Below, one piece after another: positions 11,408 through 22,600 of a stretch of DNA of 64,000 bases. Numbering within the stretch: the stretch's first letter is position 1; each line of letters begins with the position of its first letter. The notes beneath the pieces are model-generated. The model ran no database searches. It had not been told where the DNA came from and saw only the letters and a program-made list of their open reading frames with translations. The DNA lies in the NCBI GenBank assembly GCA_038207335.1, contig JBBQZX010000006.1, forward strand, positions 64,001 through 128,000, in the 5' to 3' direction. A program made the position numbers and the translations under genes. The DNA is from Chthoniobacterales bacterium. GTDB taxonomy: Bacteria; Verrucomicrobiota; Verrucomicrobiia; Chthoniobacterales; Chthoniobacteraceae.

Positions 11408-12757
11408 ATGCACAAATTTTGGATCGAAATTCGCTCGAGTCTCTGGTTCGTCCCCGCCTGCCTCGTATTGGCTGCCATAGCGGCCGGCCTTGCTTTCGTA
11501 GAGATCGATGTCCTTTTCGCCGATCAGCTCAAGCCGCTTGGCTGGATGCCCTTTCTGAATACCGGCGCCGAGGGCGCCCGCGGCATGCTCTCCTCCATCG
11601 CCAGCTCGATGATCACGGTGGCCGGTGTGGCCTTTTCCATCACGATCGTCGCGTTGTCCCTCGCCTCCACCCAGTACACCCCGCGCATTCTGAGGAATTT
11701 CATGCGCGATGGGACGAATCAGTGCGTCCTCGGCGTCTTCGCCGGGATCTACGTCTATTGCCTCATCGTGCTGCGATCCATCCGCGGCGGCTCTGAGGAT
11801 GGCGGCTTTGTCCCCCTCATCGCCGTCTTCGTAGCCCTCCTGCTTGCGCTCGTGGGCATCGGTTATCTCATCTACTTCATCCACCACATTGCCAGCTCGA
11901 TTCAGGCGTCCTACATTCTGGAGTCCATCGCCGCCGAGACTCTTGACGCCATCGATCGAGCCCATCCTCGCGACAGCGGTCTCTCTGAGGAAACGGTCCC
12001 GTGCGCATTCGAGCCGGAGAAACTCGCCGCATGGCAGCCTGTCGATGCCCACGCGAGCGGTTACCTCCAGGCCGTAGATTGTGACGCTCTCGTGGATTTC
12101 GCCAGCAGCACCGACACGTGTCTCCGCCTGCACGCGGGACTTGGCGACTTCGTGGTGAAAAATGCGCCTCTTCTCCACATCGACCGCGCTCTCGATGACC
12201 CCGCCGCGGGCAGGCTCCGCGGTGCCTTCGTCATCGGCAATTTTCGGACCGTCGATCAAGACCCAGGCTTTGGCATCCGCCAAATCGTCGATATTGCGCT
12301 CAAAGCTCTCTCGCCCGGCGTGAACGACACCAGCACGGCTGTTTCGTGTCTCGATTATCTCAGTGTCCTCCTCACAGACCTCGCCCGTCGGCGCATTACG
12401 AGTCCCTACCGTCCCGCCGAGGATGAGCCGCCGCGCATTTTCGCGTCCGCCCCGCTTTTTTCCGAGTATCTCGCCCGCGCTCTCGACGAAATCCGGCTCT
12501 GCGCCTCCGGCAATGTCACCATCATTCTCGCCATCCTCATCCTCCTCACGCGAGTCGCCGGTGCCACTGCCGACCCCGCCCGCCGTCTCCTCCTCCTGAT
12601 CCACGCCGGCACGCTCACTGACCTCGCCGACACCAGCGTGCGCGACCCATATGATCGCGCCCGGGTGAATGCCGGCCTCGCGCAACTCCGCACCGCTCTC
12701 GGCCCCCGCGCGCAGATTGCCGCCCTATCCATGAGCGGCGTAAGCGACGGGCGCTGA
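11408..12757 (+). CDS. DUF2254 predicted membrane protein
   Basis: SLWFVP, SITIVALSLASTQYTPR, RTVDQD..FGIRQIVDIALKALSPGVND.STA motifs. Confidence 0.85.
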   Translation: MHKFWIEIRSSLWFVPACLVLAAIAAGLAFVEIDVLFADQLKPLGWMPFLNTGAEGARGMLSSIASSMITVAGVAFSITIVALSLASTQYTPRILRNFMRDGTNQCVLGVFAGIYVYCLIVLRSIRGGSEDGGFVPLIAVFVALLLALVGIGYLIYFIHHIASSIQASYILESIAAETLDAIDRAHPRDSGLSEETVPCAFEPEKLAAWQPVDAHASGYLQAVDCDALVDFASSTDTCLRLHAGLGDFVVKNAPLLHIDRALDDPAAGRLRGAFVIGNFRTVDQDPGFGIRQIVDIALKALSPGVNDTSTAVSCLDYLSVLLTDLARRRITSPYRPAEDEPPRIFASAPLFSEYLARALDEIRLCASGNVTIILAILILLTRVAGATADPARRLLLLIHAGTLTDLADTSVRDPYDRARVNAGLAQLRTALGPRAQIAALSMSGVSDGR

Positions 12758-12886
12758 AGCCTGGCCGCCAAAATGGGCGGGCGCAGCCGGACTAAGGGCA
12801 AGTAGCCGATGTTTTTCTTTTGCGTGTCGAACTCGTCGCGCTAATATGACAATGCGGAGACTTCCCCCTCCCCGCCATTGCCCCCC

Positions 12887-15800
12887 ATGAACAAACACAC
12901 GGACAATTCTCTCGTTTTCAAATCTGTGTTTTCCAAAAGGCGCGGCACGATCCACACCAAGCGACTGGCAAGTGCCTGCCTGGCGGGTGTTTCTGTGGCT
13001 TCCGCTGCGATTTTCACATGGGATAATGTGACGAGTCCCTGGAGCGTTGCCTTGAACTGGCTGGGAGACGTAGCGCCGGGGAGTGCGGCGGACAATGAAT
13101 TGGTATTCGGTGGGACGGACCCAAGTTACACCGCGACGCACGATCTCGGTGCGGATTTCAATCTGAACATCCTGCGTTTAAATAGCGCAGTAACGACGGC
13201 GACGCAGACTCTAAACGCTTCCGGCGGCTCGACGCTGTCGTTCGTAGCGAGTGGCGCGACGAACCCGTCGCTGGTGCAGCAAGGGGCGGGAGCTTTCAAT
13301 ATCGACATCCCGATAGTGTTGAATGCGGCGTCGACTTTCACTGGTACGGCAGGCAGCGGGCTCGTGTCGCTTTTCGGGCCGGTGGGCGGCGGCGGCGCGG
13401 TGTCGATCGCAGGTGGCTCGTGGGCGTTCCGCGATAACGGGAGCACGTACAATGGCGCGGCTACAATCTCGGGCGGGGCGGCGGTGGAGCTGAAAGTGGA
13501 GGGGACGGGAAACCTGGGGATCAATTTCGCGGGGTCCGGGACGACGGGAATTTTCGGGACGAATAACACAGTCACGATTAATGGCGGCTCGTTGCGGCTC
13601 ACCACGCAGGGGACCGGAAGCCTAACGCTGGGGACGAATCGGGTGCTGGCATTCGGAACGAACGGCGGGACATTGACTCTCCTGAACAGCAATCCGTCGG
13701 CACCGGCGACTCACGCGGGGCAGATTGCGAGCGGCGACTTCGCGCTTACACTGGGCAATGCGACGGGTAACCCTGCGGTGATTCAATTCAACGGCGGACA
13801 AGTGGGACTTTCGAGCCTTGCGACTCCGTTTGGCGGGGACTGGAGTTCAGGAGGAAATGTGCTGCGCTTCCGCAGCCAGACGGGCTCGGGGCCGCTGCGG
13901 ATCGAGTTGACGAATGGCGCGATGGCGCGGGCCGGAAACGGCACGGCGGGGACGGTGAATATCGCGAATCCGATGACGATCAGCGGCGTGCCGGGGGGTG
14001 ACCCGACTTCGGGGTTTACGGGGACGCCAGCGGCCGATGGGCAGGTGGATACGGGCGTAACAGTGACAACGGGGCGATATCTTTTGGATTCATCGTCCAT
14101 CGTAAACAACTCGGCCGGACTGACTTTTGAGAATGCTGTGCAGGTGACAGTCGCCGGCGCTGCGAGGGCGTTTGATGGAAATATCACGGTGGCGGGGAAT
14201 GGATATGTGTCTTTCGCAGGACGGGGGACGGGAACGGTGGTGGGAACACCTCTTGGCGCGGTCGGGGCGAATACGGCGAACGCGAATAACGCGCTTTATC
14301 TCGGGCAAGGAGGGAATGACACGCTGACGGTTCAGAGTGGCGGGACGGCGGTTTTCGACGCGCGATTTCGGCGCGATCAAGGAACTTCGCACGGAGTCGT
14401 GCTGAATGCGCAGGCATTGATCCAAGCGGGCGGGACGCTGCGCATCCTTCAGTCACTTTCGAATAATTTCGGCGGGATCACAGCGGCGACGGTGGCGAAT
14501 ACGGTGCTTCAGGGAAATATCGTGGGGCAGGGCAGTACGACGAGCGATGCGAGGCTGGATCTTTTCCTCCCGGCGGAGACCGGTGTTTTCGATGCCTTCG
14601 GGCGACTGCAGGTGGATGCGACGTCGAATATCGTCGTGAATGGCACGGGCTTTGGCGGGCTGCGGATCACGGGGTTTGCGCGGCAGAACAAGCTTTTTGC
14701 GGGCGGCGCGGCGGATCCGGACACCACGAGCTCGAAAGTGAACGCGTATCTGACTCCGGCGCGGATGAATGCGCTGACTGGGAGCGGCGGATACCTGACG
14801 GCGGCGGCGCGTGGTGAAACGTACGTGCTGCCAGCGGCGGAGTGGGCGGGCGCAGTGAGCGTGGGATTGAAAGTGGCGGACAGCAATCTGGGAGGCGTGG
14901 ATGTGCAATTCGACCCCGGCAAAACGAGCTGGGCGCACAATCTTGCAGTCGATGCGGGGGCCGAACTGAGCACCGGAGCGTCGCCTTTTACCCTAACCGC
15001 CGCGACGCTGAACGGAACTGGGAAGGTGAGTGGCACCGGCGGCATCACGATCGCAGCGGGGGCGAATCTCGCGCCGGGACTCGGCGGAATCGGGACGCTG
15101 ACGGTGGGGGACATTACGATCGCGGGCGCGCTGCTCGGAGATGTGTCGAGCACGGGGGTGAGCGATCTATTGAATGTGGGCGGCGCGCTGACGTTCGATC
15201 CGGCGAGCGCGTTTCAGGTGACGGCGGGGAGCACTTTCAACAACAGCAATTACACTCTGATCACGTATTCTGGAGCGCTAACCGGGACGTTTGGGTCCGT
15301 GATAGGGCTGCCGCTCGGCTACACGGTGAATTACGCGATTCCGGGGCAGGTGCGGTTGGTCTTCACGCCGCTAAGCTTCAAGACGTGGAATGGGGCACCG
15401 GGGACCGTCTGGAGCTCGAAGCCTTTGGATGCCAATTGGCAGGGCGGCGTGTCGTTCGTGGATGGTGACGTAGTGGTGCTCGATGACACTGCGGCGGGGA
15501 GCACGACTGTGAACGTGAGCGGGCTCGTACAGCCCGGCCTCGTTACTTTCAACAACTCGACGAAGAACTACGTGATCAACGCGCCGGCTTCCGGAGATAC
15601 GATCGGTGGGTCGGCGTTGTTGACGAAAAATGGGACGGGATCGCTGACGCTAAACGGCTCGCACAGCTATGGCGGCGGCACCGTGCTGAATGCGGGGACG
15701 ATCATTCTCGGAAACAATGACGCGTTGCCAAATGTCGGTAACGTCAGTGTGGCGGCGGGCGCCACCCTCAATGTGAACGGCAAGTCTGACACGATCGGGG

Positions 15801-17860
15801 CGCTCAGTGTATCGGGCACAGTGACAGCGGGGAGTCTGACGGTGTCCGGGCTTACGTTGGAAGACGGGGCGGCGGTTGCTGCGAATCTCGCGTTTGCTGG
15901 GGATGTGACAAAGAACGGGACGGCAGCGGTCACGCTGCCCGGGACGATCGATTTGGGCGGACCGCGGGTGTTCACTGTGGCAGCGGCGACTACGCCGCCG
16001 GGGCTGACGCTCTCCGGCGTGGTATCGAATGGCGCGCTGGTAAAAGCGGGCCTGGGTGAGCTGCGGCTGGCGGTCGCGAATTCCTATACAGGCGGGACTA
16101 CGGTGAACGCGGGCACGCTTACGTCGGGCGCGTCCGGCGCGATCCCCGATGGTGCGCTGACGATCAACGGCGGGACCGCAAACTTGGCGGGCTTCAGCTT
16201 CGTGGCCAGTTCGCTGACCGGCACCGGTGGCACGTTGGCAATGGGAGGTGGCGGACTGGCGATTATTAACGCTGTGAACGGAAGCTTTGCGGGAGCGATC
16301 ACCGGCGGCGGCACGGGCATCACGAAGCTCGGCGCTGGCGTGCAGACGCTGAGCGGTGCGAGCACTTTCACTGGCGGCATCTTAATCCTCGAGGGGCGTG
16401 TGAATCTCAACGGCACCGCCGCCGCCGGCGCGATGGCCGGAATCGTGACGGTGAGCAGCGGGACCGGGTTGCAATCGGGCGCGGCGATCGCGAACAATAT
16501 CGAACTCGCGGGTGGCATCCTTTCAGCGAGCGGTTCCACAAACGTGACCAGCGGCCAACTCAACGTCACCGCAGCCTCGACCATCGACCTTTTCAACCGC
16601 GACACGAATGCGATCAGCGACGTCATCCTGCTCGGCACGCTGCGAGGCAGCGGAAATATCAACCTCCTCGCGAGCACCGCGCAGGCGAACGCCGACGGCG
16701 GAATGGGCCTGCGCATCCGCGGGACGACCGCCAGCGATTACAGCGGCACGGTGAATGTGAACCAAAAGGCGAAATTCGAAATCCAGATGGCCACCGCCAC
16801 CGCCCCGAATCCCTTCGGCACCGGTGCCATCGTCCTCAACGCCGGGACGAGCACCGGCGCGGTGGGTGGCACCTATTCGCAAATCCAGGCGCGTCTCGTC
16901 GCCGGGAGCCAGACCTACGTGCTCGGCAACAACGTGCAGGTCGTCGGCACCGGATACGTGAATGCGAACATCCTCGGCGGCACCGATGTCGTCGCGCAGT
17001 ACGGCAACCTGCAGATCGGTGGCGGGCAGATATTCGGAGCGAGCAAAAACGACATCAACAACCGCACCATCGAATTCACCACCGTCTCGCTGACCGGCGG
17101 CAACGCGGAATTCCGCGCATTCGACGCCGCCTTCAGCACTGCTGCCGCTCGCGGCGGTGCGAATATCCGCCTCGGCGTCATCTCGGAGATGATTGGCGGC
17201 TCGGGGATCATCCTCAAATCCGGCACTGGATATCGCAACGAGATCACCGGCGTTTCGACTTACACCGGCCCGACGCGGGTGGATGAAGGCGTGCTGCATG
17301 TTGGCATCACCGGCTCGATTGCGAGTTCATCGCGCATCGACCTCGCGAGCGGTACGAAATTCGAGGTGCTCGATTTTGGCGCAGCCGGATATGCCATCCC
17401 CGCGGGGCAGACGCTCGCCGGCCTCGGCGATGTGGACGGGCGGATCGTCCAGGGTGGGACGCTCGCTCCCGGTGTGGGCGGCATCGGCACTCTCACCGGC
17501 GATGATTTCACGTTAAACGGCAGCGCGCCGCTGACATTCGACCTGAGCACATTTGACAATTCCTCCGACCGGCTCGGGCTTATCGGTGCTTTTGAAAAGG
17601 GAAGCGCCGGGACGTTTCAGTTCAACTTCCTCGGCACCGGGCTGGATGGCCAGACCTACACGCTCGTGACCTTTGCGAGCACCACTTTCAGCGCGTCGGA
17701 TTTCAGCTACACTGGGCTCGCTGCGGGAGTCGCGGGCACGTTCCAGATGACGCCGACGGAGTTGCAATTTGTCGCCGTACCGGAGCCGCGTGCCGCATTC
17801 TCGCTGCTTGGCGGGCTCGGGATGCTGCTTGGCCTGCGCCGCTTCCGCCGCCGCGCGTGA
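12887..17860 (+). CDS. Large Gly/Thr/Asn-rich surface protein with autotransporter-associated beta-strand (PATR) repeats and a PEP-CTERM sorting signal
   Basis: N-terminal signal-like segment; repeats LTKNGTGSLTLNGSHSYGGGTVLNAGTI, LVKAGLGELRLAVANSYTGGTTVNAGTL and ITKLGAGVQTLSGASTFTGG; C-terminus VPEP-hydrophobic-RRFRRRA. Confidence 0.92.
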   Translation: MNKHTDNSLVFKSVFSKRRGTIHTKRLASACLAGVSVASAAIFTWDNVTSPWSVALNWLGDVAPGSAADNELVFGGTDPSYTATHDLGADFNLNILRLNSAVTTATQTLNASGGSTLSFVASGATNPSLVQQGAGAFNIDIPIVLNAASTFTGTAGSGLVSLFGPVGGGGAVSIAGGSWAFRDNGSTYNGAATISGGAAVELKVEGTGNLGINFAGSGTTGIFGTNNTVTINGGSLRLTTQGTGSLTLGTNRVLAFGTNGGTLTLLNSNPSAPATHAGQIASGDFALTLGNATGNPAVIQFNGGQVGLSSLATPFGGDWSSGGNVLRFRSQTGSGPLRIELTNGAMARAGNGTAGTVNIANPMTISGVPGGDPTSGFTGTPAADGQVDTGVTVTTGRYLLDSSSIVNNSAGLTFENAVQVTVAGAARAFDGNITVAGNGYVSFAGRGTGTVVGTPLGAVGANTANANNALYLGQGGNDTLTVQSGGTAVFDARFRRDQGTSHGVVLNAQALIQAGGTLRILQSLSNNFGGITAATVANTVLQGNIVGQGSTTSDARLDLFLPAETGVFDAFGRLQVDATSNIVVNGTGFGGLRITGFARQNKLFAGGAADPDTTSSKVNAYLTPARMNALTGSGGYLTAAARGETYVLPAAEWAGAVSVGLKVADSNLGGVDVQFDPGKTSWAHNLAVDAGAELSTGASPFTLTAATLNGTGKVSGTGGITIAAGANLAPGLGGIGTLTVGDITIAGALLGDVSSTGVSDLLNVGGALTFDPASAFQVTAGSTFNNSNYTLITYSGALTGTFGSVIGLPLGYTVNYAIPGQVRLVFTPLSFKTWNGAPGTVWSSKPLDANWQGGVSFVDGDVVVLDDTAAGSTTVNVSGLVQPGLVTFNNSTKNYVINAPASGDTIGGSALLTKNGTGSLTLNGSHSYGGGTVLNAGTIILGNNDALPNVGNVSVAAGATLNVNGKSDTIGALSVSGTVTAGSLTVSGLTLEDGAAVAANLAFAGDVTKNGTAAVTLPGTIDLGGPRVFTVAAATTPPGLTLSGVVSNGALVKAGLGELRLAVANSYTGGTTVNAGTLTSGASGAIPDGALTINGGTANLAGFSFVASSLTGTGGTLAMGGGGLAIINAVNGSFAGAITGGGTGITKLGAGVQTLSGASTFTGGILILEGRVNLNGTAAAGAMAGIVTVSSGTGLQSGAAIANNIELAGGILSASGSTNVTSGQLNVTAASTIDLFNRDTNAISDVILLGTLRGSGNINLLASTAQANADGGMGLRIRGTTASDYSGTVNVNQKAKFEIQMATATAPNPFGTGAIVLNAGTSTGAVGGTYSQIQARLVAGSQTYVLGNNVQVVGTGYVNANILGGTDVVAQYGNLQIGGGQIFGASKNDINNRTIEFTTVSLTGGNAEFRAFDAAFSTAAARGGANIRLGVISEMIGGSGIILKSGTGYRNEITGVSTYTGPTRVDEGVLHVGITGSIASSSRIDLASGTKFEVLDFGAAGYAIPAGQTLAGLGDVDGRIVQGGTLAPGVGGIGTLTGDDFTLNGSAPLTFDLSTFDNSSDRLGLIGAFEKGSAGTFQFNFLGTGLDGQTYTLVTFASTTFSASDFSYTGLAAGVAGTFQMTPTELQFVAVPEPRAAFSLLGGLGMLLGLRRFRRRA

Positions 17861-17926
17861 GCTCCGCACCTGTTTCGCGAATTGCTCACCCACGCTGCTC
17901 GCAAACGCCTTGTCGGCGTCGTGTGG

Positions 17927-18880
17927 CTACGCGAGGCAGCCTTCGATCTGCGCGCGGAGGCGCGGCTCGTCGAGGTGCTTGCCGATAAAGACGAGCTGGC
18001 TCGTGCGCTGCTCGCCTTTCTCCCACAGCCGGTCCCACAGGATCGTAAACCGGTTGTTCACTCCGTGGAAAATTGCGCGGCGCGGGTTTCCGTCGATTTG
18101 CAGGAAGCCCTTCGATCGGAAAATCTTCTCCTTCACCGAGAGTTCCTGCACAAAATGCTCGAATTTTTCCACGCTGAACGACCTCGTGAACTCGAACGAA
18201 ATCGAATTGATCTCGTGATGATGCCGCTGGTTCAGTTCGTTCAGAAACTCAGGATCGACCGCCAGCTTTTGGTCGATGTCAAAGGCGTTCATATCTAGCA
18301 ATTCCTTGAGATTCACCTGCGACTGGTTCGTGCGGAAAATCTGAGCGTGCGGGTTTAGCTCACGCATCTTGCTCTCGGTTTGCGCGAGGTGCGGCTCATC
18401 GACGAGGTCGGTCTTGTTTAGTAGGACAAAATCGGCCATCGCGATTTGCTCGCGCGCGGTTTCGACGTCGGTCATCTGTTTGTCGATCTGCTCGGCATCG
18501 ACAACAGTGATGATCGAATCGAGCCGCACGAGTTGCTGGAGTTGCGGGATGTTTAAAAAAGTCTGCGCGACCGGGCCGGGGTCGGCGATGCCAGTGGTTT
18601 CGATGAGCAGGTAGTCGAATCCGCCGCGCTTGATGAGCTTTTGCACGCCTTGCACGAGGTCTTTGCGGATGGTGCAGCAGACGCAGCCATTGTTCATCTG
18701 CATGATCTCCTCCTGCTGGTTCTCCACCAGCATTCCGTCGATACCGATCTTGCCGATCTCATTGACGATTACTGCGAATTTGTAGCCATGCTGTTGCTTG
18801 AGGATGTAGTTGAGCAGCGTGGTTTTGCCGGCTCCGAGGAAGCCGGTGAGGATGGTGACGGGGACAGGTTTGGCGGTCAT
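17927..18880 (-). CDS. COG0523/CobW-family G3E GTPase metallochaperone
   Basis: LTGFLGAGKTT, GCVCCT (CxCC), IETTG.A.P, NKTD and a C-terminal CobW_C domain (RSKG, LVFIG). Confidence 0.93.
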   Translation of the reverse strand: MTAKPVPVTILTGFLGAGKTTLLNYILKQQHGYKFAVIVNEIGKIGIDGMLVENQQEEIMQMNNGCVCCTIRKDLVQGVQKLIKRGGFDYLLIETTGIADPGPVAQTFLNIPQLQQLVRLDSIITVVDAEQIDKQMTDVETAREQIAMADFVLLNKTDLVDEPHLAQTESKMRELNPHAQIFRTNQSQVNLKELLDMNAFDIDQKLAVDPEFLNELNQRHHHEINSISFEFTRSFSVEKFEHFVQELSVKEKIFRSKGFLQIDGNPRRAIFHGVNNRFTILWDRLWEKGEQRTSQLVFIGKHLDEPRLRAQIEGCLA

Positions 18881-18900
18881 GGTGCGGTGTGATTTTGAGA

Positions 18901-18936
18901 AAGAAAAAGGCGGTCCGAGTCGAGACTCGGACCGCC
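18901..18936 (-). terminator. Intrinsic terminator after the rpmB-small ORF pair
   Basis: Perfect inverted repeat GGCGGTCCGAGTC-GA-GACTCGGACCGCC, followed on the minus strand by TTTTTCTT. Confidence 0.85.
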
Positions 18937-18961
18937 AGTCAAATGTTCAAGATTGCGCGGA

Positions 18962-19165
18962 TTAGCGCTTCTTTTTCAGCAGCGGCAGGCCAGTCTTGCT
19001 GTTCTCGGAAACTTCGTAACCGTCCGGCAGCGCGTCGATCGCGCCTTCTTTTGCCTCGCCGCCAAAGTAGTAGAGCATCACGCGCTGACCGCCCTTGAGC
19101 TCTTGGTTGCGCGAGTGGAGGAAGTAGGTTTTGCCGGACTTCTGGCTGACGACGCTGAATGCCAT
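18962..19165 (-). CDS. Small basic conserved hypothetical protein (67 aa)
   Basis: MAFSVVSQKSGKTYFLH...YYF...LPDGYEVSENSKTGLPLLKKKR. It lies between rpmB and the terminator and resembles a widespread uncharacterised family (from memory, not searched). Confidence 0.75.
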   Translation of the reverse strand: MAFSVVSQKSGKTYFLHSRNQELKGGQRVMLYYFGGEAKEGAIDALPDGYEVSENSKTGLPLLKKKR

Positions 19166-19197
19166 ACGAGGTGGAGTTGTTTTGGGGTTGGGGTTTG

Positions 19198-19461
19198 CTA
19201 GATCACGCCAGCGCTTTTCAATGTCGCGTAAGCGCCATTTTTCGTGACGGTCTTCATCGCTCGCGCCGTGAGTTTCACGCGGATGAATTTCTTCAGCTCG
19301 GTGACCCAGATGCGCTTGCTCTGGAGATTCGGGTAAAAGGTGCGAGGCACGACTTTTGTGACGTGCTGGCCGATGCCGCCTTTTTTCTTCGCGAGACCGC
19401 GCCGGTGAATAATCGAGCCCTTGGTGGGGCGCGCCTTGGTGATGCTGCAAACTTTGCTCAT
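19198..19461 (-). CDS. rpmB: 50S ribosomal protein L28 (long PVC type)
   Basis: MSKVCSIT...RRGLAKKKGGIG...R.F.PNLQ.KRIW; basic, 87 aa. Confidence 0.93.
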   Translation of the reverse strand: MSKVCSITKARPTKGSIIHRRGLAKKKGGIGQHVTKVVPRTFYPNLQSKRIWVTELKKFIRVKLTARAMKTVTKNGAYATLKSAGVI

Positions 19462-19679
19462 AAAAATAGGTCGTTGGTGGACGAGGGGCGGCGACGATGG
19501 AGGCGACGCGAAGCGTGGTCAAGGGAGATTTTGCATTTTCCCCACTTCTCGTCATCTCCATGAACCGCCGCGAGCGCCGCCATAAAAATCACCTTTTTCC
19601 CTCGCATCCAGACGGACGAACATCTAAGCCTCTGCCCGCTCAAGCGACGGGCGTGGGTGCCAGCCGCCGGGCCGAATTT

Positions 19680-22600
19680 ATGCGAAATATTTTCTTCTCG
19701 TCGCTGCTAGCGCTCACGCTCGGCTTGGGCATTATGCCCGCTTCGCTCGGGCAGCAGAGCGAGGCCGATGCGAGCACGAAAAGCGGAGTTGGGCCGCCGC
19801 TCTCGGTGCCGCTTTTGCCGACGAAAAGAGACGCACCGCTGCCAAAGGAAACCGAGCCGACGCTTGAGCTCATTCCTGGAGCGACGGGCTCTGGGCCGAA
19901 GACTTCTGCGCCGCGTCCGGTGGCCGCGACACGTTCGGGAGTAGTGCGGAATTGGATCGACCAGACAGAGGCGGAAGCGCAGCGAAAGAGCGCGGGCTGT
20001 GTGCAGTGCCACGTCTCGACCGATGCTCACACGATGCACACTTCGCGCAACGTCGTGCTCGGCTGCATCGACTGCCACGGGGGGAATCCCGCGCGCGGGC
20101 TCCCGATCGAGCAGGCACATGTGCCACCGCATAATCCGGAGTTTTGGCGCACATCGGCGAACCCCGCGAACGCGACTGTCGTGCTCAACCACGAATCGCC
20201 GGAGTTCATCCGCTTCGTGAATCCCGGCGATCTCCGCGCGGCGGAAAAAGCGTGCGGACTATGCCACGGCGACATCGTGAAGCGCGTCGGAAATTCCATG
20301 ATGAACCACGGCACGATGCTCTGGAATGCCGCAGCGTACAACAACGGCGCAATCGACTCGAAGAATGCGATCGTCGGTCAGGCGTATGGCGAGGACGGCG
20401 TGCCGCTGATCCTGAACAACCCCTTTAAGCCGACCGCCGAGGAGACGCGCAAATACGGCTTCATCGCGCAGCTCGTGCCGCTTCCACGCTTCAATCGCGG
20501 GATGCCCGGCAACACCCTCCGCATCTTCGAAAAGGGCGGAATGCTCCCGCTTTCGCTCGGCATCCCGACGCTCGACGAACCGCCCGGAAAGCCTGAGCGA
20601 AGGCTCTCCGACCGCGGCCTCGGCACGCTCAACCGCACCGATCCCGTCATCCTCGGCGCATCGAAAACGCGCCTCCACGATCCGATGCTCGGCTTCATGG
20701 GGTCGAACGACCGCCCCGGCGATTACCGCTCGAGCGGCTGCTCCGCGTGCCACGTGGTGTATGCCAACGACCGCTCGCCGACCAACTCCGGCTGGTGGTC
20801 GAAATACGGCCACCAAGGCCTCAGCTTCTCGAAAGACCCGACCATTTCCAAAAACGAAAGCGGGCATCCGATCTTGCATCAGTTCACCCGATCGATCCCG
20901 TCCGCGCAGTGCATGAACTGCCACATGCACCAGGGGAATCTCTTCGTGAATCCCTTCCTCGGCTACACGTGGTGGGATCAGGAAACAGACGCCGATCTGA
21001 TGTATCCGAAAGAGCAGCACGACCCGACCGACGACGAACTCGTCCGCGCGACCGTGCAAAATCCCGAGGCCGCGGCGGCGCGCGGGAACTGGGGTAATCC
21101 CGATTTTCTCCAGAAAGTCGCCGAGCTGAACCCGCTGCTAAAGCACACGCAATTTGCCGACTACCACGGCCACGGCTGGGTTTTCCGCGCCGTCTTCAAG
21201 CAGGACAAAAAGGGCAACCGTCTCGACCTCAACGACAACATCATCGAGCACAGCGACTTCAAACACGCGGTGCATCTCAATGACGTTCACATCCAAAAAG
21301 GCATGCAGTGCGTGGACTGCCATTTCGAGATCGAAGTCCACGGAAACGGCCTGCTCTACGGCGAGCCGCGCAACGTCACGACGATCACCTGCGTGGACTG
21401 CCACGGCACCGTGGAAAAGCGCCCGAGGCTCGTCACCACAGGCGCGGGCGGGCATTGGAACGAAAAGGCGCACATGCTGCAGCCGATCGATTTGCAGAAG
21501 ACCGCGACGCCGTGGAAGCCGCGCTTCGAGTGGGAAGGCGACCGCCTTTTCCAGAACTCCACGCTCTCGCCCGACATCCGCTGGGAGATCCCGCAGACCG
21601 TCGATGTCATCGACCCGCTCTCTCCGAAATACAACGCGAAGGCGCGCTACGCGAAGACGCTCCAGCGCGATGGCGAGACGTGGGGTTCCGTGCCCGACTC
21701 GCCCGAGCAGTGCGCGGCCAAGCTCGCGCACTCAAACAAGGCGATGGATTGCCAAATCTGCCACACGTCCTGGGCCACGAGCTGCTTCGGCTGCCACTTG
21801 CCCATGAAGGCGAACCAGCGCGTCGCGCAGAACAAATACGAGGGCGTGATCGACCGGAACTACACCACCTACAATCCGCAGGTCGTCCGCGACGATGTCT
21901 TCATGCTCGGCATCGATGGGACCGTGAAAAAGCACCGCATGGCCGTCCTCCGCTCATCCAGCGCGGTGGTCGTCAGCTCGCAGAACCAGAACCGCGAGTG
22001 GGTTTATTCGCAGGCGCAGACGGTGAGCGGCGACGGCTACAGCGGGCAGGCTTTCAACCCGCATTTCCCGCACACCACCAGCGGGCGGGGGACGACCAAA
22101 AATTGCACCGATTGCCATCTTTCAAAGAACAACGACAACAACGCGTGGATGACCTCCCTCCTCGGCTTCGGCACGGGCACCGTGAATTTCTTCGGGCGCT
22201 ACGCATGGGTCGGCGGCGAGCATGCGCTGCACGGCGTCGTGTGGACGGAGGCCGACGAGCCGCAGTCGCCGATCGGCAGCTCATTCCAGAGCAAGGCGTA
22301 TCCGCGCGACTTCGCGGACCACTTGAAAAACAAGCGCGTCCTGAAGACCGCCTACGAGCACCACGCGAGCGAGATCAACGACCTCACGCTCCACGGCGAA
22401 TACCTCTACACCGCGAACGGCAAGAGCGGGCTCGAGGTCTTCGACGTCGCGAACATCGACCAGAAGGGTTTCAGCGAGCGGTTCAACAGCGCGCCCGTCT
22501 CGCCGCTCGGGCAGCGGACTTATGTGCGGACGAAATTTGCGACCTCCGCAGCGCTCGCGGGGACGATGGTGAACGACCCGGTGCGCATCCAGAATCCCGA

